Source of the DNA: Terriglobia bacterium
Lineage (GTDB): Bacteria; Acidobacteriota; Terriglobia; Acidiferrales; UBA7541
Length of the DNA stretch: 64,000 nt
Direction of reading: 5' to 3'
NCBI GenBank assembly: GCA_963695545.1
Contig: OY968796.1
Span: forward strand, 3,808,001 to 3,872,000
A program made the position numbers and the translations under genes. A model generated the notes under the pieces. That model made no database searches. It was not told the origin of the DNA and saw nothing but the letters and a program-made list of their open reading frames with translations. How positions within the stretch are numbered: position 1 is the stretch's first letter; each line of letters opens with the position of its first letter. Below are positions 51,295 to 61,298 of the stretch, one piece after another.

Positions 51295-53334
51295 ATGCGA
51301 AGGCCAAACGCGCAGCGCTCTTTTTGGGGATTGATCGCGGTTGCCGGGATATCGCTGCTCTGCGCGACTGCATCTTCGCAACAAACTGCTGATTCTTCGC
51401 AGCAGACCAAAACGGCACCGCCGGCGCGGAGGAACGTTATCATTTTCGTGGCTGATGGGTTGCGCGCCGGCTCGGTGAATCAGAAGGACGCGCCAACGCT
51501 TTGGGCGATTCGGCAGCAGGGCGTGAATTTCGCCAATAGTCACAGTTTGTATCCGACGGTGACCACGGCGAATGCGTCCGCGATTGCCACAGGACACCAA
51601 CTCGGCGATACCGGCGATTTCGGAAACACGCTTTGGGTCGGATACCCGACGTTTGACAGCGGGAATTTCAACATGGAGCCGGGCACGCCGGCACCGTTCC
51701 TCGAAAACCTCGAGATTCTTGGCGACCTTTCGAGCCACTTCGGCGGCAATTATCTGAACGAAACGACGCTGCTGACCGCCGCGGCGCAGAATGGCTTCAA
51801 CACCGCGTCGATTGGAAAGCTGGGGCCGGCGGCGATTCAAGAGTTGGAATCGATTGCTCCCAAACAAAAGGCATTTCCGTTTGGCAGCACGGCCATCCTG
51901 ATCGACGATCAAACCGGAACACCCGCGGGCTTTCCGATTTCGCCCGCGCTCACACAGAAAATCGTGGACGCGGGCCTTTCGCCCGAGGCGCCGACGCGCA
52001 GCAACGGCTACGGTCCTACGGCAGCTTGGAACAACGGCTATGCAGGAAATCGCACTCACGCGGGAACGCTGCAGGCGAATTCGACGCAGCAAGAATGGCT
52101 GGCGGACGTAACTACCAAAGTGGTGCTGCCGAAATTTCAAGCTGACGCGCCGAAGCCTTTCGTATTGCTGTTCTGGTCACGCGATCCGGACGGGTCGCAG
52201 CACGATCAGGGCGATAGTCTGGGCACGCTTTCGCCTGGAATCAACGGCGACACTTCGCGCGCGGGAGTGCGGAACGCCGACCGTAACCTCCGGGAAATTC
52301 TGGACTGGCTCGATGCGCATCCCGACGTGAAAGCCAACACCGACATTTTCGTGACCTCGGATCACGGCTTCGCCACGATCAGCCGCGAAGAAATCAACCG
52401 AACCGGCCGCAAAGCGGCGAGCGGGGCCGCGCAACATTATTATTACGATGCGGCAGGCAGCATCGATACGGATCAAGGGACGCTGCCCTACGGTTTTCTG
52501 GCAATCGACCTCGCGGTGGGAATGCAGACGAATTTATTCGATCCTAATCGGCCCGCGCCGGAAGGAAGTCCGGAGCCCTACCGGCAAGTGCCACTTGTCC
52601 CGGATATCTTCCAGCATCCCGTGGGCGGAAGCGGTCTGCTCGGCCCTGACGTGCGCAATCGTGACGGTTCGGATGCGCGAGCGATCGTCACGGCGAATGG
52701 CGGCTCGGACTTAATCTATGTTCCGGACAAAAGTCCGGAGACGGTGCGGCAAATTGTCGGATTGCTCACGACGTATGATTACGTGGGCGGAATTTTTGTT
52801 GACGATCAGTACGGGCCGATCGCTGGCACGCTTCCCATGAGCGCCGTCGGGCTTGTGGGTTCTGCGCTCACTCCTCGACCGGCAATCCTCGTGGCCTTCA
52901 CAACTTTCTATCTCGATCCCGGCGACTTGCAATCGGCTATCGAGATTTCCGACACGAGTCTGCAGGAGGGCCAAGGCAATCACGGAGGATTCGGGCGCGA
53001 TTGCACCCTCAACAACATGGCCGCGATCGGGCCCGATTTCAAGGCGGGATTTCTGGATCCGGCTCCCGTAAGCAATGCGGATATCGCTCCGACGATTGCG
53101 CATATTCTCGGATTAAAGATAACGTCGCGCGGCGCGCTGAAAGGCCGGGCGATTGTGGAAGCGCTTCGCGGAGAAGCCGATGCGATTCCCTTCACCGCGG
53201 CGACCAGCGAATCGCAGCCGGCCAACGGGAAGATCACGGTGCTGCAATTTCAGGAAGCCGGCGGCGAGCGATACTTCGATCGCGCCTGCTACATCGACGC
53301 CGCGAGCGCCGCTGGCGCCAATCCTTGCAATTAG
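51295..53334 (+). CDS. Alkaline phosphatase superfamily / nucleotide pyrophosphatase-phosphodiesterase
   Basis: IFVADGLR, PTVT (nucleophile), DPDGSQH, TSDHGF, GNHGG, DIAPT; signal peptide. Confidence 0.9.
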   Translation: MRRPNAQRSFWGLIAVAGISLLCATASSQQTADSSQQTKTAPPARRNVIIFVADGLRAGSVNQKDAPTLWAIRQQGVNFANSHSLYPTVTTANASAIATGHQLGDTGDFGNTLWVGYPTFDSGNFNMEPGTPAPFLENLEILGDLSSHFGGNYLNETTLLTAAAQNGFNTASIGKLGPAAIQELESIAPKQKAFPFGSTAILIDDQTGTPAGFPISPALTQKIVDAGLSPEAPTRSNGYGPTAAWNNGYAGNRTHAGTLQANSTQQEWLADVTTKVVLPKFQADAPKPFVLLFWSRDPDGSQHDQGDSLGTLSPGINGDTSRAGVRNADRNLREILDWLDAHPDVKANTDIFVTSDHGFATISREEINRTGRKAASGAAQHYYYDAAGSIDTDQGTLPYGFLAIDLAVGMQTNLFDPNRPAPEGSPEPYRQVPLVPDIFQHPVGGSGLLGPDVRNRDGSDARAIVTANGGSDLIYVPDKSPETVRQIVGLLTTYDYVGGIFVDDQYGPIAGTLPMSAVGLVGSALTPRPAILVAFTTFYLDPGDLQSAIEISDTSLQEGQGNHGGFGRDCTLNNMAAIGPDFKAGFLDPAPVSNADIAPTIAHILGLKITSRGALKGRAIVEALRGEADAIPFTAATSESQPANGKITVLQFQEAGGERYFDRACYIDAASAAGANPCN

Positions 53335-53364
53335 TCTGGCGCTGAAGCGCGGCGCGCCGCGCGC

Positions 53365-54090
53365 TCAGTGCGCACCTTGCGCCAATTTCCGATCGCCGAA
53401 GATCGCGGTGCCAACGCGGACTTCCGTCGAACCTTCCTCGATCGCAACTTCAAAATCGTGGGACATTCCCATCGAAAGAACGGGCAGCGGCGTGCCGATG
53501 CGCCGCTCGAGAGCATCGCGCAGCTCGCGCAGGCGGCGGAAGGCGGGCCGCGCTCCGGGCGCGTCGCCCATCGGCGGAGGAACGCCCATCAGGCCGCGGA
53601 GTTCAAGATGCGGCAGCGCGAGGACTCCGTCGGCTACGGCGTCGAGATCTTCTTCGCGAACGCCGGATTTCGCGGGCGCTGCGTCGAGGCGCACTTCGAT
53701 CAACACGCGAAGGCGCGCGGAAGGCGCGGGATCGAGCGCCGTCCGCGCGCGTTCGAGGCGTCGCGCGAGCTCGAGGCTATCGAGCGAATCGATGGCGTGA
53801 AACAGAGTGGCGGCGCGCGCGGCTTTGTTGCTTTGCAGATGGCCGACGAAATGCCAGACGGCGTTGAGATCGGCGACTTCGGGGCGCTTCGATTCCCATT
53901 CCTGAATGCGGCTCTCGCCGAAATGGCGCGCGCCTGCGGCGTAGGCTTCGCGGATCAGCGGAGCGGGAAAAGTTTTGGACACGGCGATCAGCGTGACGTC
54001 TTCGGCGTGGCGGCCGGAGCGCGAGGCGGCCTGCGCGATGCGGGCGAGCGCATCGGACAGATTCTCGGCAACGGAGAAATTGCGCTGCAT
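53365..54090 (-). CDS. yggS: PLP homeostasis protein YggS family
   Basis: LIAVSKT, FGE, WHFVGHLQSNK, LSMGMSHDF..AIEEGSTEVRVGTAIFG; TAAAAT 7 nt before ATG 54090. Confidence 0.93.
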   Translation of the reverse strand: MQRNFSVAENLSDALARIAQAASRSGRHAEDVTLIAVSKTFPAPLIREAYAAGARHFGESRIQEWESKRPEVADLNAVWHFVGHLQSNKAARAATLFHAIDSLDSLELARRLERARTALDPAPSARLRVLIEVRLDAAPAKSGVREEDLDAVADGVLALPHLELRGLMGVPPPMGDAPGARPAFRRLRELRDALERRIGTPLPVLSMGMSHDFEVAIEEGSTEVRVGTAIFGDRKLAQGAH

Positions 54091-54228
54091 GTCGCGCATT
54101 TTATCAGGGATGGCAGCGGCGCAAAATACCGGCCCACGGCGCGCCGCGCCGCGCGAGGATGACGAATGAACGCGGCGCGAATGCGAGTTGCGGGGCGAGG
54201 CGCACGCGGATACACTGGTCGAAATCAC

Positions 54229-54927
54229 ATGCCTGCGCGCGGCACATTCATCGCCATCGAGGGAATAGACGGTTCGGGGAAGCGCACTCAAATTGAGTTG
54301 CTTGGCCGCGCTCTCGATCAACGCGGCATCCGCTACGTGTGTTTCAGTTTTCCGCGCTACGAATCGTCGTTCGGACAACTCGCCGCCAGCTATTTGAACG
54401 GCGAATTCGGGCCGCTCGAGCGCGTGGACCCGCATTTTTCGGCGCTGCTTTTTGCCGGAGACCGCTTTGAATCGAAAGGCGAACTGGAAGCGGCGCTGGC
54501 AAAGGGCAGAGTCGTGCTGGCGGATCGCTACATCGCGTCGAACCTGGCGCATCAAACGGCGCGCGTAGGTCCGCAGCGGCGCGAGGAATTTTCTTCGTGG
54601 CTGAAACGGCTGGAGTACGGAATTTATGGCCTGCCGGTGGAGGACCTGGTGATCTATCTGCGGCTGCCGGCCGCGAAAGCTCAGGAATTGATCGGCCGCA
54701 AGGGCACGCGCGATTACACCAAGCTTTCGCGCGATCTTCAGGAAGCGGACGTGAAACACCTCGAACAGGCCGCGCTGGTATACGACCGTCTGGCGACCGA
54801 GGCGAATTGGCGGACGATCGAATGCTGCGAAGGCGCGGCGAACAGTCTTCGCGCGCCGGAATCCATCCACGTCGATGTGCTCGCCGCGATTGAGGCGGTC
54901 TTGCCGGCGGTTCCGGCGCGGGCCTGA
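54229..54927 (+). CDS. tmk: Thymidylate kinase
   Basis: FIAIEGIDGSGKRTQ, LLFAGDR, DRYIASN; directly upstream of holB. Confidence 0.92.
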   Translation: MPARGTFIAIEGIDGSGKRTQIELLGRALDQRGIRYVCFSFPRYESSFGQLAASYLNGEFGPLERVDPHFSALLFAGDRFESKGELEAALAKGRVVLADRYIASNLAHQTARVGPQRREEFSSWLKRLEYGIYGLPVEDLVIYLRLPAAKAQELIGRKGTRDYTKLSRDLQEADVKHLEQAALVYDRLATEANWRTIECCEGAANSLRAPESIHVDVLAAIEAVLPAVPARA

Positions 54928-54960
54928 ACAGTCAATCGAAATACAGGACAGAACAAAAAA

Positions 54961-56094
54961 TTGGGATTTAGCGAATTCGCCGGCAATCAAAGGATCGTCG
55001 CGGCGCTGCGCGGGATGCTCGCCGGCGGACGCGTGCCTCACGCGCTGATGTTTACGGGACCGCGGGGCGTGGGGAAATACACGCTGGCGCGGATGTTCGC
55101 CCAGGCCGCAAACTGCGAGCGGTTGACCGACGATTTCTGCGGCGAGTGCGCAACCTGCCTGCGCATCGCGGAGCTCGCCGATCCGCAGCCGATCATCGAG
55201 CGCGCGCTTGCCGAGCGCGGCGAAAGCGCCGACGCCGCGGCGGTCGAGCGAATGCCGCTTCTGCTGCAACCGCATCCGGATGTATGCGTGGTGGTGCCGG
55301 ACCCGATTCGATTGAAGACTCCGGTGGCGCGGCCGGTGCTGCACGTGGGCCAACTGCGAGCAGTGCAGCGCGCCGCTTATTTCCGACCTACGGGCCGGCG
55401 GCGCGTGTTCGTGCTTGACGGCGGGGAAACCATGCGCTGGGACTACGCCAACATTTTCCTGAAAATCCTGGAAGAGCCGCCGGAGAGCGCCACGCTGATT
55501 CTGCTCGCGCCCAGCCCGTTTGCGCTGCTGGGAACGATTCGTTCGCGGTGCCTTCAATTCCATTTCGCGCCGCTCGAAGCGCTGCAGGTGGAGGCCATTC
55601 TGAGCGAGCACAGCGAACTCGGGGCCGCGCAACGAAAACTGGCGGCGCAATTGTCCGACGGCAGCCCAGGCGTGGCGCTGAGTATGGATCCCGATGCGGC
55701 GATGGCGCTCCGGCGCGACGTTTTGGCGGTGATCGAGCGCGCGGCGAAGCCCGGCCCGCTTTCGGATTTGTTCAGCCGCACGGCGCAACTTTCCAAACAA
55801 CGCGAAGTGCCGTTTGAACAGGTGCTTGAGGTGTTCTACAGCCTGCTGAGCGATTTGTTGGAATTGACGTGGACCGGATCGCACGAGCGCATGCGCAATG
55901 CACCGCTGCGCGAGGAACTCGAGGCGCTGGCAAAACACGTCGATCCGGCGTGGGTGGCGGCGATGGTGGGCGGATTGGACGGGCTTTCCTCGCGGCTGCG
56001 GCGCAATATCAGCCGCCAGCTTGGGCTTGACGCGCTGGCCACCGCGCCGGGGACGGGCAGCGCTGAAGCGCAGCGTCGGCCTGTGTCGAGCTAA
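54961..56094 (+). CDS. holB: DNA polymerase III subunit delta'
   Basis: HALMFTGPRGVGK, Zn module NC..FCGECATC, HPD, LKILEEPP, TIRSRC. Confidence 0.9.
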   Translation: MGFSEFAGNQRIVAALRGMLAGGRVPHALMFTGPRGVGKYTLARMFAQAANCERLTDDFCGECATCLRIAELADPQPIIERALAERGESADAAAVERMPLLLQPHPDVCVVVPDPIRLKTPVARPVLHVGQLRAVQRAAYFRPTGRRRVFVLDGGETMRWDYANIFLKILEEPPESATLILLAPSPFALLGTIRSRCLQFHFAPLEALQVEAILSEHSELGAAQRKLAAQLSDGSPGVALSMDPDAAMALRRDVLAVIERAAKPGPLSDLFSRTAQLSKQREVPFEQVLEVFYSLLSDLLELTWTGSHERMRNAPLREELEALAKHVDPAWVAAMVGGLDGLSSRLRRNISRQLGLDALATAPGTGSAEAQRRPVSS

Positions 56095-56260
56095 GTAGTG
56101 CGACACCGAATCCCTCGCGACGCTATAATCCAAATATAAATCCGTGTAACCAAACTGTCCTTCGTGGCGTCTCATGAGCAGAAGCGCGAGTTTTTCCACC
56201 CCGGGGGCTGTGTCGGGCAGCCCACTCCTGGACGGGTTTCTTGTGGAGATAGGAGTTGTG

Positions 56261-56602
56261 ATGGTCAATCGGAAGCTTTTTCGCCCCACTCTCACCGAAG
56301 TCAAAGAGCAGGCGCCCGTCCGCACGCAACATTCGGGCCCGCAGCCTCACAAGAAGCCGGCCCCGCCCGAGCAAACCAACGCCGAGGGATTTTACTGGGT
56401 GAAGCAGATGCAAGCGCACACGCCGATGGTTATCGTGCTGACCGACGGCGAAGTGCTGCACGGGACAATCGAATGGTATGACCGGGATTGCGTGAAGCTG
56501 ACGCGCTTCGGGAGCCCGAACCTCTTGGTGTACAAACAAGTGATCAAGTACCTCTACAAAGAAGGGGAAGAAAACGCGCAGGGGGGCTCGAACGGAGCCT
56601 GA
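56261..56602 (+). CDS. Hfq/Sm-like RNA chaperone, divergent and N-terminally extended
   Basis: AGGAG SD; MVIVLTDGEVLHGTIEWYD..LLVYK resembles the Sm1/Sm2 motifs of Hfq. Confidence 0.75.
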   Translation: MVNRKLFRPTLTEVKEQAPVRTQHSGPQPHKKPAPPEQTNAEGFYWVKQMQAHTPMVIVLTDGEVLHGTIEWYDRDCVKLTRFGSPNLLVYKQVIKYLYKEGEENAQGGSNGA

Positions 56603-56837
56603 CGCGACGGTATGCGCGCCGAGATGGCGCGAAGCTTCGCCACTTGCCGCGTAATATTCGCGCCCGCTGAGGGTCATCGCAGCCCGCCAATTGTAGCCGT
56701 CGCCCGCAAATCGCGGTTCCGCTCCAAACATCGCTCACGCTGGAATCGGTGCAAGTAAAATAAGCGCCACGCGGCGGGGCGCCCCGTGCAAGGCCAGTTA
56801 GTTTACTGTATACTAACGCAGGCGTTCCGGGGGGCCC

Positions 56838-59288
56838 GTGCTCGGAGAACTTGGGAGAGACCTGCGCTTCGCGGCGCGGATGTTGTTTAAGAACCGCGTG
56901 GTCACGCTGCTCGCGGTGGCGACTTTGAGTTTGGGCGTCGGCGCGAGCACCGCGGTTTTTAGCGTGGTGGACGCCGTGGTGCTGCGCCCTCTGCACTTCC
57001 CACATTCCGACAGAATCTGTTTCGTTTGGAAAACGAATCCGACGCGCGGCGCGGATTCCCTGCCGGTGTCTCCGGCGGAGTTTCTCGATTGGCGAGAACG
57101 CAGCCACTCGTTTTCGCAACTTTCGGCGTGGCGCGCGTGGTTCTACACGCTGACGGGCGAAGGACAGCCCGAGCAGGTGTGGGGCGTACGCGTATCCGCG
57201 AATTTTTTTGACTTGCTCGAGGTAAGGCCCGAGCAAGGCCGCACGTTTCTTCCCGATGAAGAGCAACCCGGGCACGACGCCGAGGCCGTACTGACGCACG
57301 CAATATGGATGCGTCGCTACGGCGGCGACCCGGGCCTGGTGAACCGGACGATTTTGATCGACGGAAAGCCGGTCACGGTCGTCGGCATTCTGCCGCGGGA
57401 ATATGACCATTTGTTCGCCGAGCGCGCGTACGACGTGTTTATGCCGCTGCCGCTGGTGCGCGACGAAGCGGCGCGGCGATACGATTCGCTTGTGGTGTAC
57501 GGAAGGCTGCGTGACGGCGTCTCGCTCGCCGCGGCGCAATCGGAAATGCAATCCATCTTCGCCGATCTTCGGCGCGAATATCCGGACGCGGATGTTGGCG
57601 ACGGCATCCGCATCGCGCCAGTGCTGGACGATTACGTGCGGCCGGCGCGGCCGGCGCTTTATTTGTTGCTGGGAGCCGCGCTGCTGGTTTTGCTGATTGC
57701 TTGCGCGAACGTGGCATGCTTGTTGCTGGCGCGCGGCTCGGCGCGCAACAAAGAGATGGCTATACGCAGGGCGCTCGGAGCGAGACCGTGGCGCATGGTG
57801 CGGCAACTGCTGATCGAAAGCGTGCTGCTGGGAATCGGCGGAGGGCTCGCGGGGATTTGGATGGGATATCTCGCGCTCGAGGGGTTTCGCGGACTGGGTA
57901 CGCTGCCGGGCATTCCCCGGCTGGGCTTGGCGGGATTGAATGTGGAAGTGTTGGGATTCGCACTCGCACTTTCGGTGGCGACGGGAGTTTTGTTCGGATT
58001 GGCGCCGGCGGCGAGCACCCTGCGCGGCAATCTGGGCGAGACGCTCAAGGAGGGAGGGCGATCCGGCGGCGCGGGCCGCAATCGCCGAAGATTTCAGGAC
58101 GCGGTGGTGGTGTTCGAGGTGGCCATCTCGCTGGTGTTGCTGGTTGGCGCGGGATTGTTGATGCGGAGTTTCGTAGCGCTGGTCGAGATGAGTCCCGGGT
58201 TTCGCCACGACCATGTGCTCACGATGCAAGTTTTTCTGCCGCAGAATAAATATGCCGATCCTGAACGCGCCGCCGATTTCTTCGCGAGAACGCTTGAAGA
58301 GGTGCGCGGCGTGCCGGGAGTGCTGAGCGCGGGGGCCATCAGTTTTCTGCCGCTGAGCGGCTGGACGGCGTACGTGGAATTCGCGATCGACGGCAAACCC
58401 GTGACGCCCGACAACGTTCCGTGGGCCAACGACATGGTGGTTACAAGCGACTATTTTCGTACCATCGGGATTTCGATCGAGAGCGGCCGCGCGTTTACCG
58501 AGGCCGACGACGCGAACGCTTCCGGCGCCGCGATTCTGAGCCGCACCGCAGCGGAATTCTACTTCCCCGGCGAGGATGCTGTCGGGCAGCGCATCTCGAT
58601 CCATGTTGAACCCACGACTGCGCCGGGAGCGCCGCGCCTGCGCGCGGGGTGGCTGACCATTGTCGGCGTGGTGGGGGATATTCACGATTGGGAATCGGGC
58701 GATCCGAAAAATCCGGTGATTTATTTGCCGGCGGCGCAGAATCCTTCGGCGTTGATGAGTCTGACGATTCGCACGCAGCGCGATCCGCTGGCAGCGGCGC
58801 CGGCGGTGGTGGACGCGCTTCATCGAGTGGACGCGGACCAACCTGTGACGGAAATTAAAAGCATGGACCAATATATCGATGAGGCTTTCGGAATTCGGCG
58901 GTTCAACTTGATGCTGCTCGCGGCGTTCGCGGGGATCGCGGTGCTGCTGGCAGCGGTGGGGCTGTACGGATTGATGGCGTACAGCGTGAGCCAGCGCACG
59001 CAGGAAATCGGTGTGCGCATGGCGCTGGGAGCGGAACCGCGCGACATCCGGCGGATGGTGCTGAACGAAGGTTTGCGGCTTGGGCTGTGGGGATTGCTGG
59101 CGGGATTTATTGCCGCGATTGGGTTGGCGCGATTGCTTGAAAGCGATCTTTTCGGCGTAGTGATGTGGGATCCGGTTACTTACATCGGCGTGGCGGCGCT
59201 GCTGCTCGTGGTGACGGGGCTCGCTTCGTACTGGCCGGCGCGGCGAGCGACGCGCGTGGATCCGCTGCGCGCGCTGCGCTACGAGTAG
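56838..59288 (+). CDS. Duplicated MacB/FtsX-type ABC permease (ADOP-like)
   Basis: DLRFAARML, LLIACANVA, EMAIRRALGA, RQLLIES, GLYGLMAYSVSQRTQEIGVRMALGA, PARRATRVDP..ALRYE. Confidence 0.93.
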   Translation: MLGELGRDLRFAARMLFKNRVVTLLAVATLSLGVGASTAVFSVVDAVVLRPLHFPHSDRICFVWKTNPTRGADSLPVSPAEFLDWRERSHSFSQLSAWRAWFYTLTGEGQPEQVWGVRVSANFFDLLEVRPEQGRTFLPDEEQPGHDAEAVLTHAIWMRRYGGDPGLVNRTILIDGKPVTVVGILPREYDHLFAERAYDVFMPLPLVRDEAARRYDSLVVYGRLRDGVSLAAAQSEMQSIFADLRREYPDADVGDGIRIAPVLDDYVRPARPALYLLLGAALLVLLIACANVACLLLARGSARNKEMAIRRALGARPWRMVRQLLIESVLLGIGGGLAGIWMGYLALEGFRGLGTLPGIPRLGLAGLNVEVLGFALALSVATGVLFGLAPAASTLRGNLGETLKEGGRSGGAGRNRRRFQDAVVVFEVAISLVLLVGAGLLMRSFVALVEMSPGFRHDHVLTMQVFLPQNKYADPERAADFFARTLEEVRGVPGVLSAGAISFLPLSGWTAYVEFAIDGKPVTPDNVPWANDMVVTSDYFRTIGISIESGRAFTEADDANASGAAILSRTAAEFYFPGEDAVGQRISIHVEPTTAPGAPRLRAGWLTIVGVVGDIHDWESGDPKNPVIYLPAAQNPSALMSLTIRTQRDPLAAAPAVVDALHRVDADQPVTEIKSMDQYIDEAFGIRRFNLMLLAAFAGIAVLLAAVGLYGLMAYSVSQRTQEIGVRMALGAEPRDIRRMVLNEGLRLGLWGLLAGFIAAIGLARLLESDLFGVVMWDPVTYIGVAALLLVVTGLASYWPARRATRVDPLRALRYE

Positions 59289-60634
59289 GACGGTTTGGCT
59301 CCATCGCCGCCGGGCAGCGCGGTGACCAGTTCGGGAACTTCGATGCGAATGCGCGTACCCTCGCCTTCGCGGCTGGTGATGTCCATGGTGAAGTCGCCGC
59401 CGTAGAGCACGCGCAAGCGCTCGTGCACGTTGCTGATGCCGATTCCCTCGTCGTAAACCTTCGCAAGCCGCGCTTCTGGAATTCCCACGCCGTTGTCTTC
59501 GACTTCGATCACCAGGCGGCCATCACGCGAAGTCGCGCGAATCAGGATGGTGCCGCCTTCGAGCTTGGCGGAAAGGCCGTGCTTGAGCGAATTTTCGACG
59601 ATGGGTTGCAGGAGCATGCTGGGGACGAAGGTTTCGACGGAGCGCTCGTCGACTTCTTTGGAGATGCGGAGGTTGTCGCGGCCGAAGCGCGCGACTTCGA
59701 TATCGAGATAGTCGTCCACGAATTCGATTTCTTCACGCAGCGGGACGAAAGTTTCGTGCTGGCGGAGGAGGCGGCGCAGAATGCTGCTGAGTTTGATGAG
59801 CACTTCGCGCGCGAGATCGGGATCGTAGCGGATGAGCGACGAAACGGTGTTCAGCGTGTTGAAAAGAAAATGCGGATTGATCTGGCTGGAGAGCGCGGCC
59901 ATGCGCGCTTTGAGCAGAAGCTGCTGGTGCTGCTCGAGATTCATTTCGACGCGCGTGTTGTTCCAGATTTTGATGGGCACGGCGACGGCCGTCATGGTGG
60001 CGCCCATGGCCACGGCAAGTTGCCAGCCGTTGTGAGCTTGAATGCAGAAAAGCCAACGCGGATGCGTGGCGTGGACCAGGAATTGGCGGCCGAGTTCGAG
60101 AACGAGTGAACCCGCGAGGGGCAACATCACCCAACTGCCGCGGCCTTCGCGCACCAGGCGCACCACCCACCGCGGGACTCCCAAAAACGTGAAGGGACCG
60201 AAATTCCAGATCTCTTCTTTGTTGGGAATGATCTGGCGAATGAGGCCGCCCATAAGGCCCACGGCTGCCGCCACGGGCATCGCAAGCCACTCACGATGAG
60301 CGAACGCCGGGAGGCTGACGATCGATCCGCCGAGAGGTCCGACGACGCGGCCACCGAGCAAACCGAGCAGGAAGGAACCTTCGAGCATGAGGTCGGCGAA
60401 CTGGTAGGGCGGGCCGCCAATTATGCGGATGGCGACGCTGAGCATCAGCGCGGGCGTGAGGAAGAGCATGAGCTTGAGTTTGAGATCGGAATCGCGGACT
60501 TCGGCGTAGAGCACGCGGCGAAAAATACTCCAGCGAGCCATGAGCGCGGCGAGCGAGGCCGCGACCAGCACCTTCAGCAAGAGCGTGAAGAGAAAGTCTT
60601 TGCCGGATGAAAGCGATTCGAGCGGCGTCAGCAA
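59279..60634 (-). CDS. LytS/YehU-type membrane sensor histidine kinase
   Basis: Multi-TM N-terminus; SQINPHFLFNTLN, PLREE, PSMLLQPIVENSLKHG, DNGVG, GIGISNV. Confidence 0.92.
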   Translation of the reverse strand: MLTPLESLSSGKDFLFTLLLKVLVAASLAALMARWSIFRRVLYAEVRDSDLKLKLMLFLTPALMLSVAIRIIGGPPYQFADLMLEGSFLLGLLGGRVVGPLGGSIVSLPAFAHREWLAMPVAAAVGLMGGLIRQIIPNKEEIWNFGPFTFLGVPRWVVRLVREGRGSWVMLPLAGSLVLELGRQFLVHATHPRWLFCIQAHNGWQLAVAMGATMTAVAVPIKIWNNTRVEMNLEQHQQLLLKARMAALSSQINPHFLFNTLNTVSSLIRYDPDLAREVLIKLSSILRRLLRQHETFVPLREEIEFVDDYLDIEVARFGRDNLRISKEVDERSVETFVPSMLLQPIVENSLKHGLSAKLEGGTILIRATSRDGRLVIEVEDNGVGIPEARLAKVYDEGIGISNVHERLRVLYGGDFTMDITSREGEGTRIRIEVPELVTALPGGDGAKPSYS

Positions 60635-60869
60635 ATCATGCTCCGTGGGAGCGAGTGCGATCGAGGCGAGCGCGCTCGACTGAGACGTTAGCCAATGACG
60701 GAGGGAATGTAAAGCGCGGGCGAAAAACGGGATGATGGGCGAGATAGTGAGAAGCGAAGGCGGCGATTTCAGCGTTGAAATTGGAGAGTTGGGACAATCC
60801 GGATTTGCAGGTGGTGCGGGGCGGGTTCAAAAGCTCAAGTAATGGTTTGAGGTTGTGGTGAAGCGACAG

Positions 60870-61192
60870 CCTATACACCCCGGGTGTGATTTTCTTAAGT
60901 GCGGCAAACAAAGGAGATGCAGAAAAAGAGTGCGGATGAGTATGGAAACAAAGGGATATAATGGTTTTTGTTTTGAACGAGTTGCGCACTCTTTTGCAAG
61001 ACATTGATAACAAAGGGGCTGTAGAGGGGGTTTCGTGTAGATGGGCGCGGGATTTGGCAAGGCCGACGACGCGCAGTGACTCGGGGATGCGAGGAGGGAG
61101 TGGCGTTACGAGGATTTGCTGGCTGCTCACACCACCTTGTGGCATAGAAGTGAACACACGTCAATAGTAGTTTATGAGTATAGCATTCGAAT
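60870..61192 (-). repeat. Dispersed non-coding element, copy C
   Basis: Colinear similarity with 41240-41651 (see copy B). Confidence 0.8.
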
Positions 61193-61298
61193 GGAGTTCC
61201 GGCGGCGCCCCACGGCGCTATTCGAAACAATTGTGTCGTCCCTACGGGCTGGTTTTCGATGCCATCGCAATGCGGGGGCGCGGCGCCGGGCGTTCGAT

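Noticed and set aside
53365..56325. 986-aa YggS fusion ORF
   Set aside because: The upstream part is the antisense shadow of tmk and holB; only 53365-54090 is YggS.
56544..58871. 775-aa minus-strand ORF and similar long antisense ORFs across the window
   Set aside because: These are antisense shadows of well-supported genes with no recognisable motifs.
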